Source: Antedon mediterranea (lineage: Eukaryota; Animalia; Echinodermata). From it: 64,000 nucleotides of DNA. Positions 57,101-64,000 of this stretch are shown piece after piece. The translations under genes were made by a program, and so were the position numbers. The notes under the pieces were generated by a model. That model ran no database searches, was not told where the DNA came from, and saw only the letters and a program-made list of their open reading frames with translations. Within the stretch, counting starts at the first letter, position 1; every line of letters begins with the position of its first letter. The stretch is taken from NCBI RefSeq assembly GCF_964355755.1, contig NC_092672.1, positions 19,543,237 to 19,607,236 of the forward strand, written 5' to 3'.

Positions 57101-60100
57101 TTGCCAATAAACGGAAATAAATGGAAATTATCATATGTACGTTCAAGTCGCCATGTACGAAACTCAAATTGCTGACTCTAATAAAAATTACAAAAGACAT
57201 ATTTATAATATTTTAATCTACGATATGTATATAATGTCTTTTTTATTCACCCAAAAACTATGTAAATTCATGGCACGCTGGACCACCTAGTTGTAGGCGT
57301 AAGGTATCCCAGGAAAACTTGATGCCCCAAATTGGAATTTGGCAAACTGGCTAAATACTATATATAAACAGCTTCCACCTTCTATGTTAAATCTTTGTTA
57401 TCATGTAACACTCAGAGCCATTGAGGCACCCCTCATAATCTATTCTGCTCTGCTTAATTGCGTCTAGCACTTTTGCCTATATGGGTTGGTTCAAGCTTTC
57501 AACCTATTATATTTTTAACTTATGTTCTACATTTTACTTGGTTGTAGGTGTTAAGATATCTAAAGCATCAATTAAAAACTGTACTTGTGACTAGAGAAGG
57601 AGTTGGCTACAATCTATGTGTGTTGTGTACTGCTTGTAATCCAGCAGAGAAGCCTCATTTACATGATCTGAAAAAGTGCTTGAAACTAGATACTAATAGT
57701 GTTAAATGTGGCAATGAACGCATGATTACCAATCATTTAAAGCGGCTATTTTTGGAAGGTTAGTTGAAATTTTTGATTATCATCACAATTTTCTTTTTGC
57801 AGTATTTTTATTTGATACCACATTTTACCAATACAATGTACAAAGATTAGTCCAGAGACATCTACAAAGGCCGTTTTAATTATAGATAGGTTTAATTGTT
57901 AAAGTAATACATGGTTTTAACCATATAATGGTTTTACAATATAATGTAAATCAGTTTATATGAGTTTCCCCTGCAGAATAAGGGGAAACAAGCTCATCAG
58001 GTTTGTTGATGATAATACCAGATAATAAAAAAAATGTCTTGTATGTAATTATTAGTCCTTGCTAATAGTAGAAAAATGATAACATGAAACTATCAGTATC
58101 CACTTAAGATAAAAAAAAATGATAACATGAAACTATCAGTATCCACTTAAGATAAAAAAAAATGATAACATGAAACTATCAGTATCCACTTAAGATAAAA
58201 AAAAATGATAACATGAAACTATCAGTATCCACCTAAGATAAAAAAAAATGATAACATGAAACTATCAGTATCCACCTAAGATAAAAAAAAAAATGATAAC
58301 ATGAAACTATCAGTATCCACTTAAGATAAAAAAAAATGATAACATGAAACTATCAGTATCCACTTAAGATAAAAAAAAATGATAACATGAAACTATCAGT
58401 ATCCACCTAAGATAAAATAAAAAATGATAACATGAAACTATCAGTATCCACTTAAGATAAAAAAAAATGATAACATGAAACTATCAGTATCCACTTAAGA
58501 TAAAAAAAAATGATAACATGAAACTATCAGTATCCACCTAAGATAAAAAAAAAAATGATAACATGAAACTATCAGTATCCACCTAAGATAAAATAAAAAA
58601 TGATAACATGAAACTATCATGAATAATACCACCAAATTTACGAGTTAGGGTGACTATAGCAAGGCATTTAATAAAAAGGCAAATTGCCTTAAAATGTAAA
58701 TGTGACATGTTTCGAGAAAATATTCTCATGATCAGAACAGTAAACAACGCCTAGAGTGCTTATATACCAATAGGACATATTGTATGTAAATAAGTAAATA
58801 ATTAGCATAATAAAGCAAGGAATGTAGGCAACAACCAATCATATGGCAAGTGTGACGCCTAAGTTATAGATTTGTTTGTTCAAGGAAGGTTTACTCCACG
58901 AGATGTGGAGGGCTGACTTGACTTTAAATTTGAAAGTGGAATCTGCATATAGTCATGAAATTATCAGTATCCACTTAAGATAAACCTAAAAAAATCATCA
59001 AGGAAAGAATATAATATTTTCATTGTAGATTCCGTCAGATTTACAATTGTTTGTATTAATAAGGATGAGATATAATACAGGATGACAGTTTTAACACTTA
59101 ATTTCCCCAAATTAAACAAACATTATAAATAATGTATTTCTAAAAATCATCATGTCTCAAGTTCAGCAAATTCGAAATAGAATTTAAACAAAAATCATGA
59201 AAGATGTGTTGGCAGGTTTTTTTAGAAACGATTATACTAGGAATGGGAATATCTGTTTTTAAACAAAGCTGTGTGAGCTACTATTTTAGGCCTGAATTAT
59301 TATGTTATCTGAGATTAACAAAAGCATAGAAGTATTAACTAACACTAACACACAAGCTAATTTTCCCACAAGTTGGCTTAAAAATCAAACTATTAAAAAC
59401 AAAATTGATATGGTCTTCATTTTTAAGTAAAGTTTAGAAAAATGTTAGTATCTATATATAAATTTACGCAAGGGCAAAATTTGGTAAATCGCGCGTTACT
59501 TCTAGAATGTTTACTCGATGGTATATAAAGTTGGTTCGTACTTTCGGTACTGATTTTAACCACCTGATATAACCTTGTTTGTTAATATAAATTGAGTTAG
59601 ATAATTAGTTACTGACAATTAAAACGAATTTAGGTTCAACGATTTGCCCCAAATAGGGAGTTTTCCAATCTGTCTAATGGATGTCCATCTTGAAAAATAC
59701 CTGCACACAATAATATGAGGATGCTTGGCATTTACCTATCTCCTCCTATGATAATTGTTTTTAATAGCTGAAAACCATTGAAGACAGGCCGATTTTCTTT
59801 AAAAAATAATATTTTATAGATTTAATATACGTTTATACAAATGTATTGATTTGCGATGAATGGAAGAATTCAATCTCTCAGTCTCCCAGATACTTAAGTA
59901 TTTGGTTTAACATAAGTAGGTACATTTATGGGCCCTTCGAAAATAAACTTGAAACCTTTAGATATAGTATTGCAATACAAAATTTATACGTATTAACCAT
60001 TTTTGGGTGCCATTTGAATCGCAAATTTCTTACCGCGAGTGTGGGTACTGTTGGATATATAAACACAATATATACAAAACGTTTGTATTAATTAATTATT

Positions 60101-62887
60101 TATTATAATTACAAAAAATATAAACGACGTAGAGGTGTATCGTTACATGAACTTTACTATTTCAATCGACTATAACAGGGACAGTTTTAACAAAGTATTA
60201 AATCGCAAATGTTCTATTTAGTGAGACAAATCTCATGACACAAAATACATGAATAAGGTCCAATGTGAATGGCATAATAAAACAGTGTATCCTAGTGAAT
60301 AGTTAATTTAATAAACTAGATGGTACGCTCGCTTCGCTCGCGTACCATCTAGGTCGTGCCCACAGATGGTTCTCGAATACACAGTAATTTCAGCGTAAAA
60401 AAATGCTTTTTGTAATGTACGTACTGCAGGACGATAATAGTTATTATTGTTTACAGAAACGAATAAATAGACACGATGATTTATGTATTAAACTGAAATT
60501 AGCACACTGGGAATTACTTCCGAAAGAGAAACTTGTCACAAAATGAGTCCAAATTTGTTATTTGGACTCATTTAAATAAACCCAATTTGTGTTTTGTGTG
60601 TAACATTAGTTTTGAGGGATGGGGAAGAGGATATGGGTACAAAGAAGAACAATGTTTTAATATATTATTTATCTACACAGTAACGAAATATGTTTTTCAC
60701 TTTGACAGGCCTATAAAATAATATACCACTTGATACAGTAACACATTTGCGATTTAATACTTTGTTAAAACTGTCACTGTTATAGTCCATTGAAATAGCA
60801 TGTACATGTAATGATACACGTACCACTACAACATTTATATTCTTTGTAATTATTAATTAATACAAACGTTGAGAAGCAACTGTCAGTAGTACAGTTTATT
60901 TGTATATTGTACGTTTTATATAACAGTAGGGCCTACTCACAGGCCTATAAATAATATACCACTTGATACAGTAACACATTTGCGACTTAATACTTTGTTA
61001 AAACTGTCACTGTCATAGTCGATTGAAATAGCATAGTACATGTAACGATACACGTACCACTACAACGTTTATATTCTTTGTAATTATTAATTAATACAAA
61101 CGTTGAGAAGCAACTGTCAGTACTACAGTTTATTTGTATATTGTACGTTCTATATAACAGTAGGGCCTACACTCACAGTAATACGTTTATTTGTACATGA
61201 TTGTGTTATACATCTAACTGTACCCACACTCAAATTCAATGGCGACCACAAATGTTAATACGTATTTACAGTAATGTCCAAGTATTGCAATACTTATCTA
61301 TAGGTTTTAGGTTAATTCCCCAAGGGCCAATAAATTTACCTACAGCTGGTGGTACTTGCGTTAAAGCAAAGAGTTATTATTGGAATGTTCCATTCATCGG
61401 AAATCAATACATTTGTATAAATGTATATTAAATCTATCAAAATAGTATGTTTTTAAGAAAATAGGTCTGTCTTCAACATTATGATGCTGTACTCGAGCTG
61501 TTCAACCGGTTTTCATCCATTAAAAACAATTATCGTAGGAGGAGATAGGAAAATGCGAAGCATCCTCGTATTATTGTATGCGGGTATTTTTCAAGATAGA
61601 CATGCATTGGACAGTGTATACCACGATCGGGAAAACACCCCTATTTGGGGCAAATCGTTGAACCTAAATTCGTTTTAAACGTCAATAACTAATTATCGAA
61701 CTCCATTTAATTAGTAAACAGGGTTACATCAGGTGGTTAAAATCAGTATCGAAAGTATGAACCAACTTTATATACCATCGAGTAAACATTCTAGAAGTAA
61801 GGCGCGATTTACCGAATTTTGCCCTTACGTAAATTTATATATAGAAACTAACAATGTGTATTGAATAAATTGTGATACTGTTTTTATGACTTTTATTTTG
61901 TATAGATACTACTACTCCTCTGGCTACAAGCTCATTACAAACAGGTTAGTTGGTTATCATTAGATCATTAGAGATCCTTGGATAGGGTAGTGTTACAACC
62001 ACTAATGTAGAAAATATTAGCTAATGTTGAAATGGCAATAGCTAAATGTAGAAATAACTTACTCATATGTAATTAGTACCAGTTAAGGTGAAAACATGCT
62101 TCACAACTATGATGAAACTACTGTTGGGAACTACGTCAAGAAACCAGAAGGATAGATACATTATGTGAAGTTAAATGTATCTGGGATAAAAACTAAGGAG
62201 ATTCACTTTCAACTACCATGTCTGTGTTTTGGGGATATTAATTATCAATATAAATTTTGATCTCATTTCTGGAATTCATCATGCATACAGACATATTCAA
62301 TCAATGATTCAACAACTATGATAATTATGCTAATTATCCTAAATTTATTTCACAATATTGGAAACTTGCTTTTCTTCAACCATGTAGATTTCTCGGAAGA
62401 TAATTTCAAACAGTTGATTGCAGACTTTGCAAAATGGTTTGATGATCGTGGTCTCCTTAACAGACTACAAGTTCTATGCATAGAAATAGTAGATGACATT
62501 GAAGAGTTGAAAAGGGTTACCAGTACAATCAACCTGTTAGCTCTTTTAACTGCAAATGGACAATTGAGTCAAACAAATCTTTCTGTCCTGTATGATGCAA
62601 TAAAAGTAACGAAACAATTTGGCTTTCAGTCGGTCATTAAAGAAAAGCTTCCTGCTTTCAAAAATATCAAGAAGCGTAAGGTAGCATCATTTTCACTACG
62701 AGCAAAAAAGATTTTTATTCTTGGAAAAAGTCTTAGTGATTCAGATATAGAAGCTGTTGATAGACGATACAACTTCCCTGTCCTTAAGGAGTATACAGAC
62801 AGCTGGAGTCTGCTTTTGGACTTTGAAACCCGTGGGTTGCTGAATGAAGACAAAATAGAAGAGGTTAAAGAGGTGTTAAAAAGATGA
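3596..62887 (+). CDS. Multi-exon ROCO-family gene, 5'-partial: ankyrin repeats - Roc GTPase - COR - linker - tandem DED-like domain (~1055 aa in window)
   Basis: 21 AG/GT-bounded exons with compatible phases join into one open frame of 3168 nt ending at TGA 62885-62887. Roc G1-G4 motifs and COR motifs occur in the correct order. No start codon in the window. Confidence 0.9.
5902..6217 (+). mobile_element. tRNA-derived SINE with Deu/Nin-like central domain
   Basis: A box TGGCCGAGCGG, B box GGTTCGAGGC; core CTCGGATAAGGACTATAAACCGTAGGTC...TTAAAGAACC...AGTAGGGGGTTACCCCGGTGT resembles the Deu domain as I recall it; (AAAC)n tail. Confidence 0.85.
7072..7170 (+). CDS. Ankyrin-repeat exon B (99 nt, phase 0/0)
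   Basis: aatag|...|gtaagt; NGDTALHVGAGYGHVDVCQMLVDMAAAVDQQNH. Confidence 0.93.
8339..8409 (-). pseudogene. tRNA-like sequence (tRNA-Pro-like body); pseudo-tRNA or SINE head
   Basis: Revcomp GGCTCTGTGGTCTAGTGGTATGATACTCGCTCTGTAAGCGAGAGGTTGCATGTTCGAATCCCGCCAGAGAC. Anticodon stem perfect, acceptor stem 6/7, T stem 3/5, C at position 33. Confidence 0.7.
8474..8792. mobile_element. Kolobok-like MITE (319 bp)
   Basis: Perfect 16-bp TIR AGATGTATTGTCCCCC / GGGGGACAATACATCT with TTAA on both sides; 5'-RR terminus. Confidence 0.85.
9345..11446 (+). repeat. Older duplicated intron block, paralogous to ~24340..28180 (and to 70..765)
   Basis: Long colinear similarity with substitutions and indels; differs by lineage-specific TE insertions. 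Confidence 0.9.
9684..9805 (+). mobile_element. HINE/Helentron-associated short element
   Basis: Inserted in a T-run; subterminal IR AGTCCCGTG/CACGCGACT; (GTCY)n-like microsatellite; ends GGCCTTG-TTT. Absent at the paralogous site ~26538. Confidence 0.75.
13093..13190. mobile_element. Small PIF/Harbinger-like MITE
   Basis: Imperfect TIR GGCCTTTCACACAG / CTATGTGAAAAGGGC followed by TTA; internal CGGCAATAATA repeats. Confidence 0.55.
13800..14420 (-). pseudogene. Decayed LINE ORF1-like (L1 ORF1 RRM / Transposase_22-type) remnant
   Basis: Frameshifted minus-strand pieces MEAELLRVERHSRCYSLRFGNIKE / QLVKDIFKTDLGLNNILIE / NAH*TGK / RHIIIYRR resemble E-x-R-S-R-R-x-N-L-R...AHR...PR-x-I-I. Confidence 0.55.
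16825..17360 (+). repeat. Older duplicated intron block, paralogous to ~33770..34125
   Basis: Shared TTATATTATCAAGGTTC...GTCACGTATCCATGGTGATTGTGATGACAGGCCCAGACTC...GCATTCCTATAA; the second copy has an internal deletion. Confidence 0.88.
20524..20621 (+). mobile_element. HINE-like element, same family as 9684
   Basis: TTT-AGTCGTGTGC...GTCGGTCGGT...GCACACGACT...GGCCTTG-TTT. Confidence 0.7.
21325..21423 (+). CDS. Ankyrin-repeat exon C (99 nt, phase 0/0)
   Basis: ttttag|...|gtaagt; FGESALHWAAKAGHSACCNLLVDAGSDISIQNI. Confidence 0.93.
23641..24044 (-). mobile_element. Possible solo LTR
   Basis: TGTT...AACA ends, ~400 bp, higher GC, minus-strand AATAAA near one end; TSD imperfect (AGAA/ATAA). Confidence 0.3.
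24572..26455. mobile_element. Non-autonomous foldback DNA transposon with ~530-bp inverted arms
   Basis: Ends AGTGGAGTCTGTTAGGG / CCCTAACAGACTCCACT. Arms ~24572-25412 (interrupted) and ~25925-26455. Empty site visible in the paralogous block at ~9590. Confidence 0.9.
24966..25270. mobile_element. Nested palindromic element in the left foldback arm
   Basis: ~80-bp-arm hairpin 24969-25130 centred on CGAGGCAAAGCCGAG, plus a second IR 25131/25270; missing from the right arm. Confidence 0.8.
27415..33592 (+). repeat. Recent segmental duplication, copy 2
   Basis: As above; the ORF track is also duplicated at offset 27,414. Confidence 0.97.
31010..31108 (+). CDS. Ankyrin-repeat exon A' (identical copy of exon A)
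   Basis: Same sequence and splice sites as 3596..3694, offset 27,414. Confidence 0.88.
33316..33630 (+). mobile_element. Same SINE family, copy with a different 3' end
   Basis: Identical to the 5902 copy until ~33579, then a substitution, a short deletion and an (ATTTCA)n tail. Confidence 0.85.
35160..36060 (+). repeat. Older duplicated intron block, paralogous to ~985..1980 and ~28400..29395
   Basis: Colinear similarity from CATCTACCCTGTAT to GCCTATTATATTATTCTTAAT, with indels. Confidence 0.9.
36386..36560. mobile_element. hAT-like MITE (175 bp) with 5-bp TSD
   Basis: TIR CAGGGAAAAATTTC / GAAATTATTCCCTG flanked by TAAAG direct repeats. Confidence 0.7.
37731..37841 (+). CDS. Atypical 37-aa ankyrin-repeat exon D (111 nt, phase 0/0)
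   Basis: ctttccag|...|gtaata; AGNTPLHLHLAPIYKDPTLEMVTCLINKGASVTSQNK. Confidence 0.9.
39345..39455 (+). CDS. Atypical 37-aa ankyrin-repeat exon E (111 nt, phase 0/0)
   Basis: ttttccacag|...|gtaatc; NGNPPLYEYLIENPNPTPEIVKFLIKNDGALLTLLNK. Confidence 0.85.
39886..43769. mobile_element. Large non-autonomous Kolobok-like element (3.9 kb)
   Basis: TTAA TSD; TIR GAGCCATTGTCTGTAA(A/G)AATCAAAGA; patchy inverted similarity for ~550 bp; degenerate internal repeats; no transposase ORF. Confidence 0.85.
41608..42138. mobile_element. Tc1/pogo-type MITE nested in the Kolobok-like element
   Basis: TA|CAGTTGAACCTCCCGTAAGTGGCCACC...GGGAGGTGGCCGCTG|TA with repeated GGCCGCTTACGG motifs. Confidence 0.6.
43810..44080 (+). 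repeat. Degenerate ~18-bp GACCACCTCT..TAAG array (MITE subterminal-type repeat)
   Basis: A dozen or more diverged GACCACCTC units. Confidence 0.6.
44473..44557 (+). CDS. Ankyrin C-cap/linker exon (phase 0/1)
   Basis: ttttag|...a|gtaagt; EGKTPESIVETSMKITKKEKTVILNYFD; phase matches the next exon. Confidence 0.85.
46226..46391 (+). CDS. Roc exon with P-loop (G1)
   Basis: LLVPAEIRARGKQAIKIYKEELKTGSMSVVNSRCMFLGKEGAGKTSCVKAMVGE; pre-Roc P-x-E-I-x-x-R-G motif plus GxxxxGKT; donor ag|gtaaga. Confidence 0.95.
46841..46941 (+). CDS. Roc exon with switch I (STDG)
   Basis: phase 2/1; FNSAEKSTDGIVTTTVFQAKKDCSQWKKIKDVN; donor g|gtgaga. Confidence 0.9.
47297..47365 (+). CDS. Roc insertion exon (phase 1/1)
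   Basis: gtatag|...g|gtaggt; GIDLSEQIRSHALGEKVDKRLQE. Confidence 0.75.
47477..47607 (+). CDS. Roc exon with G3 motif
   Basis: EGNVGTWAKFKNGMYKMVRRKEKVSDITSVWDYAGQLDYYITHR; matches Roc WDFAGQxxYYxTH; donor |gtatgt. Confidence 0.92.
48645..48893 (+). mobile_element. CR1/L2-type LINE 3' end (5'-truncated)
   Basis: RRNSFSFRVVLLWNGLSDYVVSASSLNLFKNRLNEAW matches ORF2 C-terminal F-x-x-R-V-x-x-x-W-N-x-L...F-K-x-x-L; ACAAGTA-type tail. Confidence 0.8.
49491..53300 (+). repeat. 89-bp minisatellite, ~43 copies
   Basis: Unit AAACATACATAGCAATACACATCATGTCAAGTTAGTTCCCGCAACATAGGAACCACAGTCCTGGTAAGGGTCTGGTATCACAGTGTATA, head-to-tail with no spacers. Confidence 0.98.
53608..53697 (+). CDS. Roc exon
   Basis: ttccag|FFLTNTVSYCVAFNVMDNLDEPAKPRGSKI|gtaagt; continues the TH-x-FFLT Roc consensus. 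Confidence 0.92.
53812..54000 (+). CDS. Roc exon with G4 motif
   Basis: GQLGMTNLDMNFFWIRSIYEH...SPPICLVATHVDKLSGTASEKEEE|gtaaat; Roc W-x-x-S-I and V(G/A)THxD motifs. Confidence 0.93.
55008..55142 (-). mobile_element. LINE/SINE 3' tail with stem-loop
   Basis: Hairpin GAGGGACTACA...AGGCCC-GAT-GGGCCT...TGTAGTCCCTC (55099-55142), minus-strand AATAAA and (GAAT)n tail. Similar tails at ~2326-2460 and ~20105-20230. Confidence 0.55.
55277..55519 (+). CDS. Roc end (G5 region, VDN) and start of COR
   Basis: VMKMYKKMF...MYMVDNT...EGITKLKR...REVPVKWVNLQESL...CITFEE|gtaaag; P-x-x-W at COR start. Confidence 0.9.
55708..55902 (+). CDS. COR exon
   Basis: VSRIGTKCEISEEGLDTAIEYMNDIGIILHSSTNKKLKNTVITDLKMMIQMVTKVITV...; resembles COR AL-x-F-L-H-D-L-G-x-I-L...V-I-x-D pattern. 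Confidence 0.88.
56071..56232 (+). CDS. COR exon
   Basis: KQMRVLWKRLDEEGMLEERLLRYLWKHE...EVMKTFSLLFEKLK|gtaagt; G-x-L...L-W...M-x-x-F-x-L COR pattern. Confidence 0.9.
56439..56726 (+). CDS. COR exon
   Basis: ctgcag|VTEGNRVFLVPSRMK...DFLPNAVYNTLVV...KHALK|gtttgg; F-L-V-P-S and F-L-P COR motifs. Confidence 0.9.
56957..57037 (+). CDS. COR C-terminal exon
   Basis: cctcatcag|LEITYLTEVDGNVRDQMNEPQPSFCIE|gtaaag, phase 0/0. Confidence 0.82.
57548..57758 (+). CDS. End of COR with Cys/His cluster (phase 0/1)
   Basis: VLRYLKHQLKTVLVTREGVGYNLCVLCTACNPAEKPHLHDLKKCL...VKCGNERMITNHLKRLFLE g|gttagt. Confidence 0.88.
57983..58000 (+). CDS. Possible 18-nt phase-1 micro-exon (GETSSS)
   Basis: Donor cag|gtttgt at 58000/58001. 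AG at 57981-2 gives an open frame; the stronger CAG at 57974-6 gives a 24-nt exon with in-frame TAA. Confidence 0.35.
58072..58618 (+). repeat. ~43-bp minisatellite, ~13 copies
   Basis: Unit TGATAACATGAAACTATCAGTATCCAC(T/C)TAAGATA(n); one further partial unit at ~58954-58984. Confidence 0.97.
58619..58953 (-). mobile_element. Penelope-like element 3' fragment (GIY-YIG C-terminus plus hammerhead-like motif)
   Basis: Minus strand 58952..58839 reads LYADSTFKFKVKSALHISWSKPSLNKQIYNLGVTLAI* (K-E-A-L-H-I-x-W-x-K-P-S-L-N-K-Q pattern), followed by CTGATCAT-GAGAA-TATT-TTCTC-GAAAC-ATGTC. Confidence 0.78.
59443..61853. mobile_element. 2.4-kb foldback element with long imperfect inverted arms
   Basis: TGTTAGTATCTATATATAAATTTACG...CGTAAATTTATATATAGAAACTAACA; inverted similarity continues ~750 bp; internal ~234-bp tandem duplication (60706/60940); central 13-bp hairpin at 60316-60352. 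Confidence 0.88.
61906..61944 (+). CDS. 39-nt phase-1 linker micro-exon (DTTTPLATSSLQT)
   Basis: ttttattttgtatag|...acag|gttagt; symmetric phase 1, open frame, S/T-rich. Confidence 0.75.
62388..62887 (+). CDS. Terminal exon: tandem death-effector-domain (DED)-like module
   Basis: FKQLIADF...LNRLQVLCIEIV..IEEL...INLLALLTANGQLSQTNLSVL, then FSLRAKKIFILGKSLSDSDI...SLLLDFETRGLLNEDKI. Both halves follow the DED helix pattern of caspase-8/FADD/FLIP. Longest ORF in the track; phase-1 acceptor catgtag. Confidence 0.78.
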
Positions 62888-64000
62888 AATGGAGGTGACA
62901 TTTAAATTTCACCAGTTCAACGAGAGGAAGTAATAAAAGCCTTGAGAGCAGTGTTGAGAGAATGGATATTGTAGAATTACTAGACACAGTCTATTGCGAA
63001 CAGTAGTAGTATGAACTGTAGTTGTATGGTAACTCAGTTCAACAAATAAACAATTTGTATTAACAATAGGAGATACATAGTTAATAAAAGACAATGAAGA
63101 AGACCTATTGAAACAATGTTTTTAAAAGTGAAAGATCTTTAAACTATGTTTTAATAGACCAAAGTAATAGAACATAGGTCATGTACCTGATATGAGATGT
63201 CAGGTAAGTGAATGACAAAAATATTTGTATTATTTTTGTATCTGGTTAAATCTTAAAAGTATTGATAATAGTCCAGTGGCAGGAGGGGGAAATCACCACC
63301 CGAACGGGGATAAATTGCCATCCAACTTTTCTAGACCAGAATTTTCCGTAGATTACGAATCTGGAAGGTAATCGATCAGGATAGGAAGCGTTTTTGAGAT
63401 AAAAGGGGTCAAAGTTTTAAAAAATATCAAATCTGATTGCAAATGTGCTATGGCATTATTAAATGTCGTAAAATTATTACCGATAATATTTAGATAGATA
63501 ATATTACAACAAGAGTACCTATAACATGATAATATTACAACAAGAGTACCTATAACATGAATTATATTTCTAAATTCACAAATGTATGATATAAATTGAT
63601 ATCAAGTCAATTTTTTTTACAAATTTACAGGCATATTTCCTCATAATTGATCAATTACAAAGATTATTGGTACCATAATGCTTCAATAATATAAACAATT
63701 GGGATTATAAAACCATATGTTTTAAAATAAATTTTAATCAGAAGATAATTCTAACTGTAAAAAGATGGTGTGTGTGATTAAAGTTGTTTACTCTGTATAC
63801 CAAAAACATGGTCAGCTGCTGTCTAGTGTGTGATAGGCTTCTGAAAACCTAAAATAGAATGGACCTTTCTCCCCATTCATCACCAAAATAAAAGATATTT
63901 TTACTGGCCATACCGATGCCTCCAATCAGTCAATCACATCCACAGTGTGACTTGGACTTGGACTTTCTGTAACTGGTTTTTTTTTATATATTGTTAAATG

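Noticed and set aside
59029-59048. Additional linker micro-exon after ttttcattgtag
   Set aside because: No GT donor giving a phase-1 exit; cannot be supported without RNA data.
62318-62387. Independent single-exon gene starting at ATG 62318
   Set aside because: The first 23 codons look intronic (pyrimidine tract plus AG at 62386-7), and the phase-1 acceptor fits the upstream exons. An internal start cannot be fully excluded.
3596-62887. Naming the gene DAPK1, LRRK2 or MFHAS1
   Set aside because: No kinase, LRR or WD40 in the window, and the C-terminus is tandem-DED-like. Orthology cannot be established without a phylogeny.
63158-63209. Further coding exon ending at the strong donor CAG|GTAAGT
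   Set aside because: Lies after the stop codon, and candidate acceptors give stops or frame-incompatible lengths. At most a UTR or relic splice site.

Overview
AT-rich, intron-rich animal genomic DNA, not prokaryotic. A Deu/Nin-type SINE and the TE mix suggest a marine invertebrate, possibly an echinoderm (inference). One large plus-strand gene spans almost the whole window, and its 5' end lies upstream. I assembled 21 GT-AG exons by hand (3596..62887, 3168 nt, 1055 aa plus stop) with consistent splice phases, plus one uncertain micro-exon. Domain order: at least 6 ankyrin repeats, each on its own phase-0 exon; ankyrin cap; Roc GTPase (GKEGAGKTS, STDG, WDYAGQ, VATHVD); COR; Cys/His cluster; Ser/Thr linker micro-exon(s); tandem death-effector-domain (DED)-like C-terminus. 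The ankyrin region shows repeated rearrangement. Bases 1..~6178 recur almost identically at 27415..~33592 (offset 27,414), duplicating one ankyrin exon, and identity ends inside a SINE. Older homologous intron blocks flank different ankyrin exons. Best candidate for an undescribed system: an ANK-Roc-COR-tandem-DED, immune-receptor-like ROCO protein diversified by exon-cassette duplication. The introns hold many TEs: Kolobok-like, foldback, HINE, hAT-like and Harbinger-like MITEs, LINE remnants, and a Penelope fragment with a hammerhead-like motif. There are also 89-bp and 43-bp minisatellites. Domain and family names come from motif recognition, not database searches.
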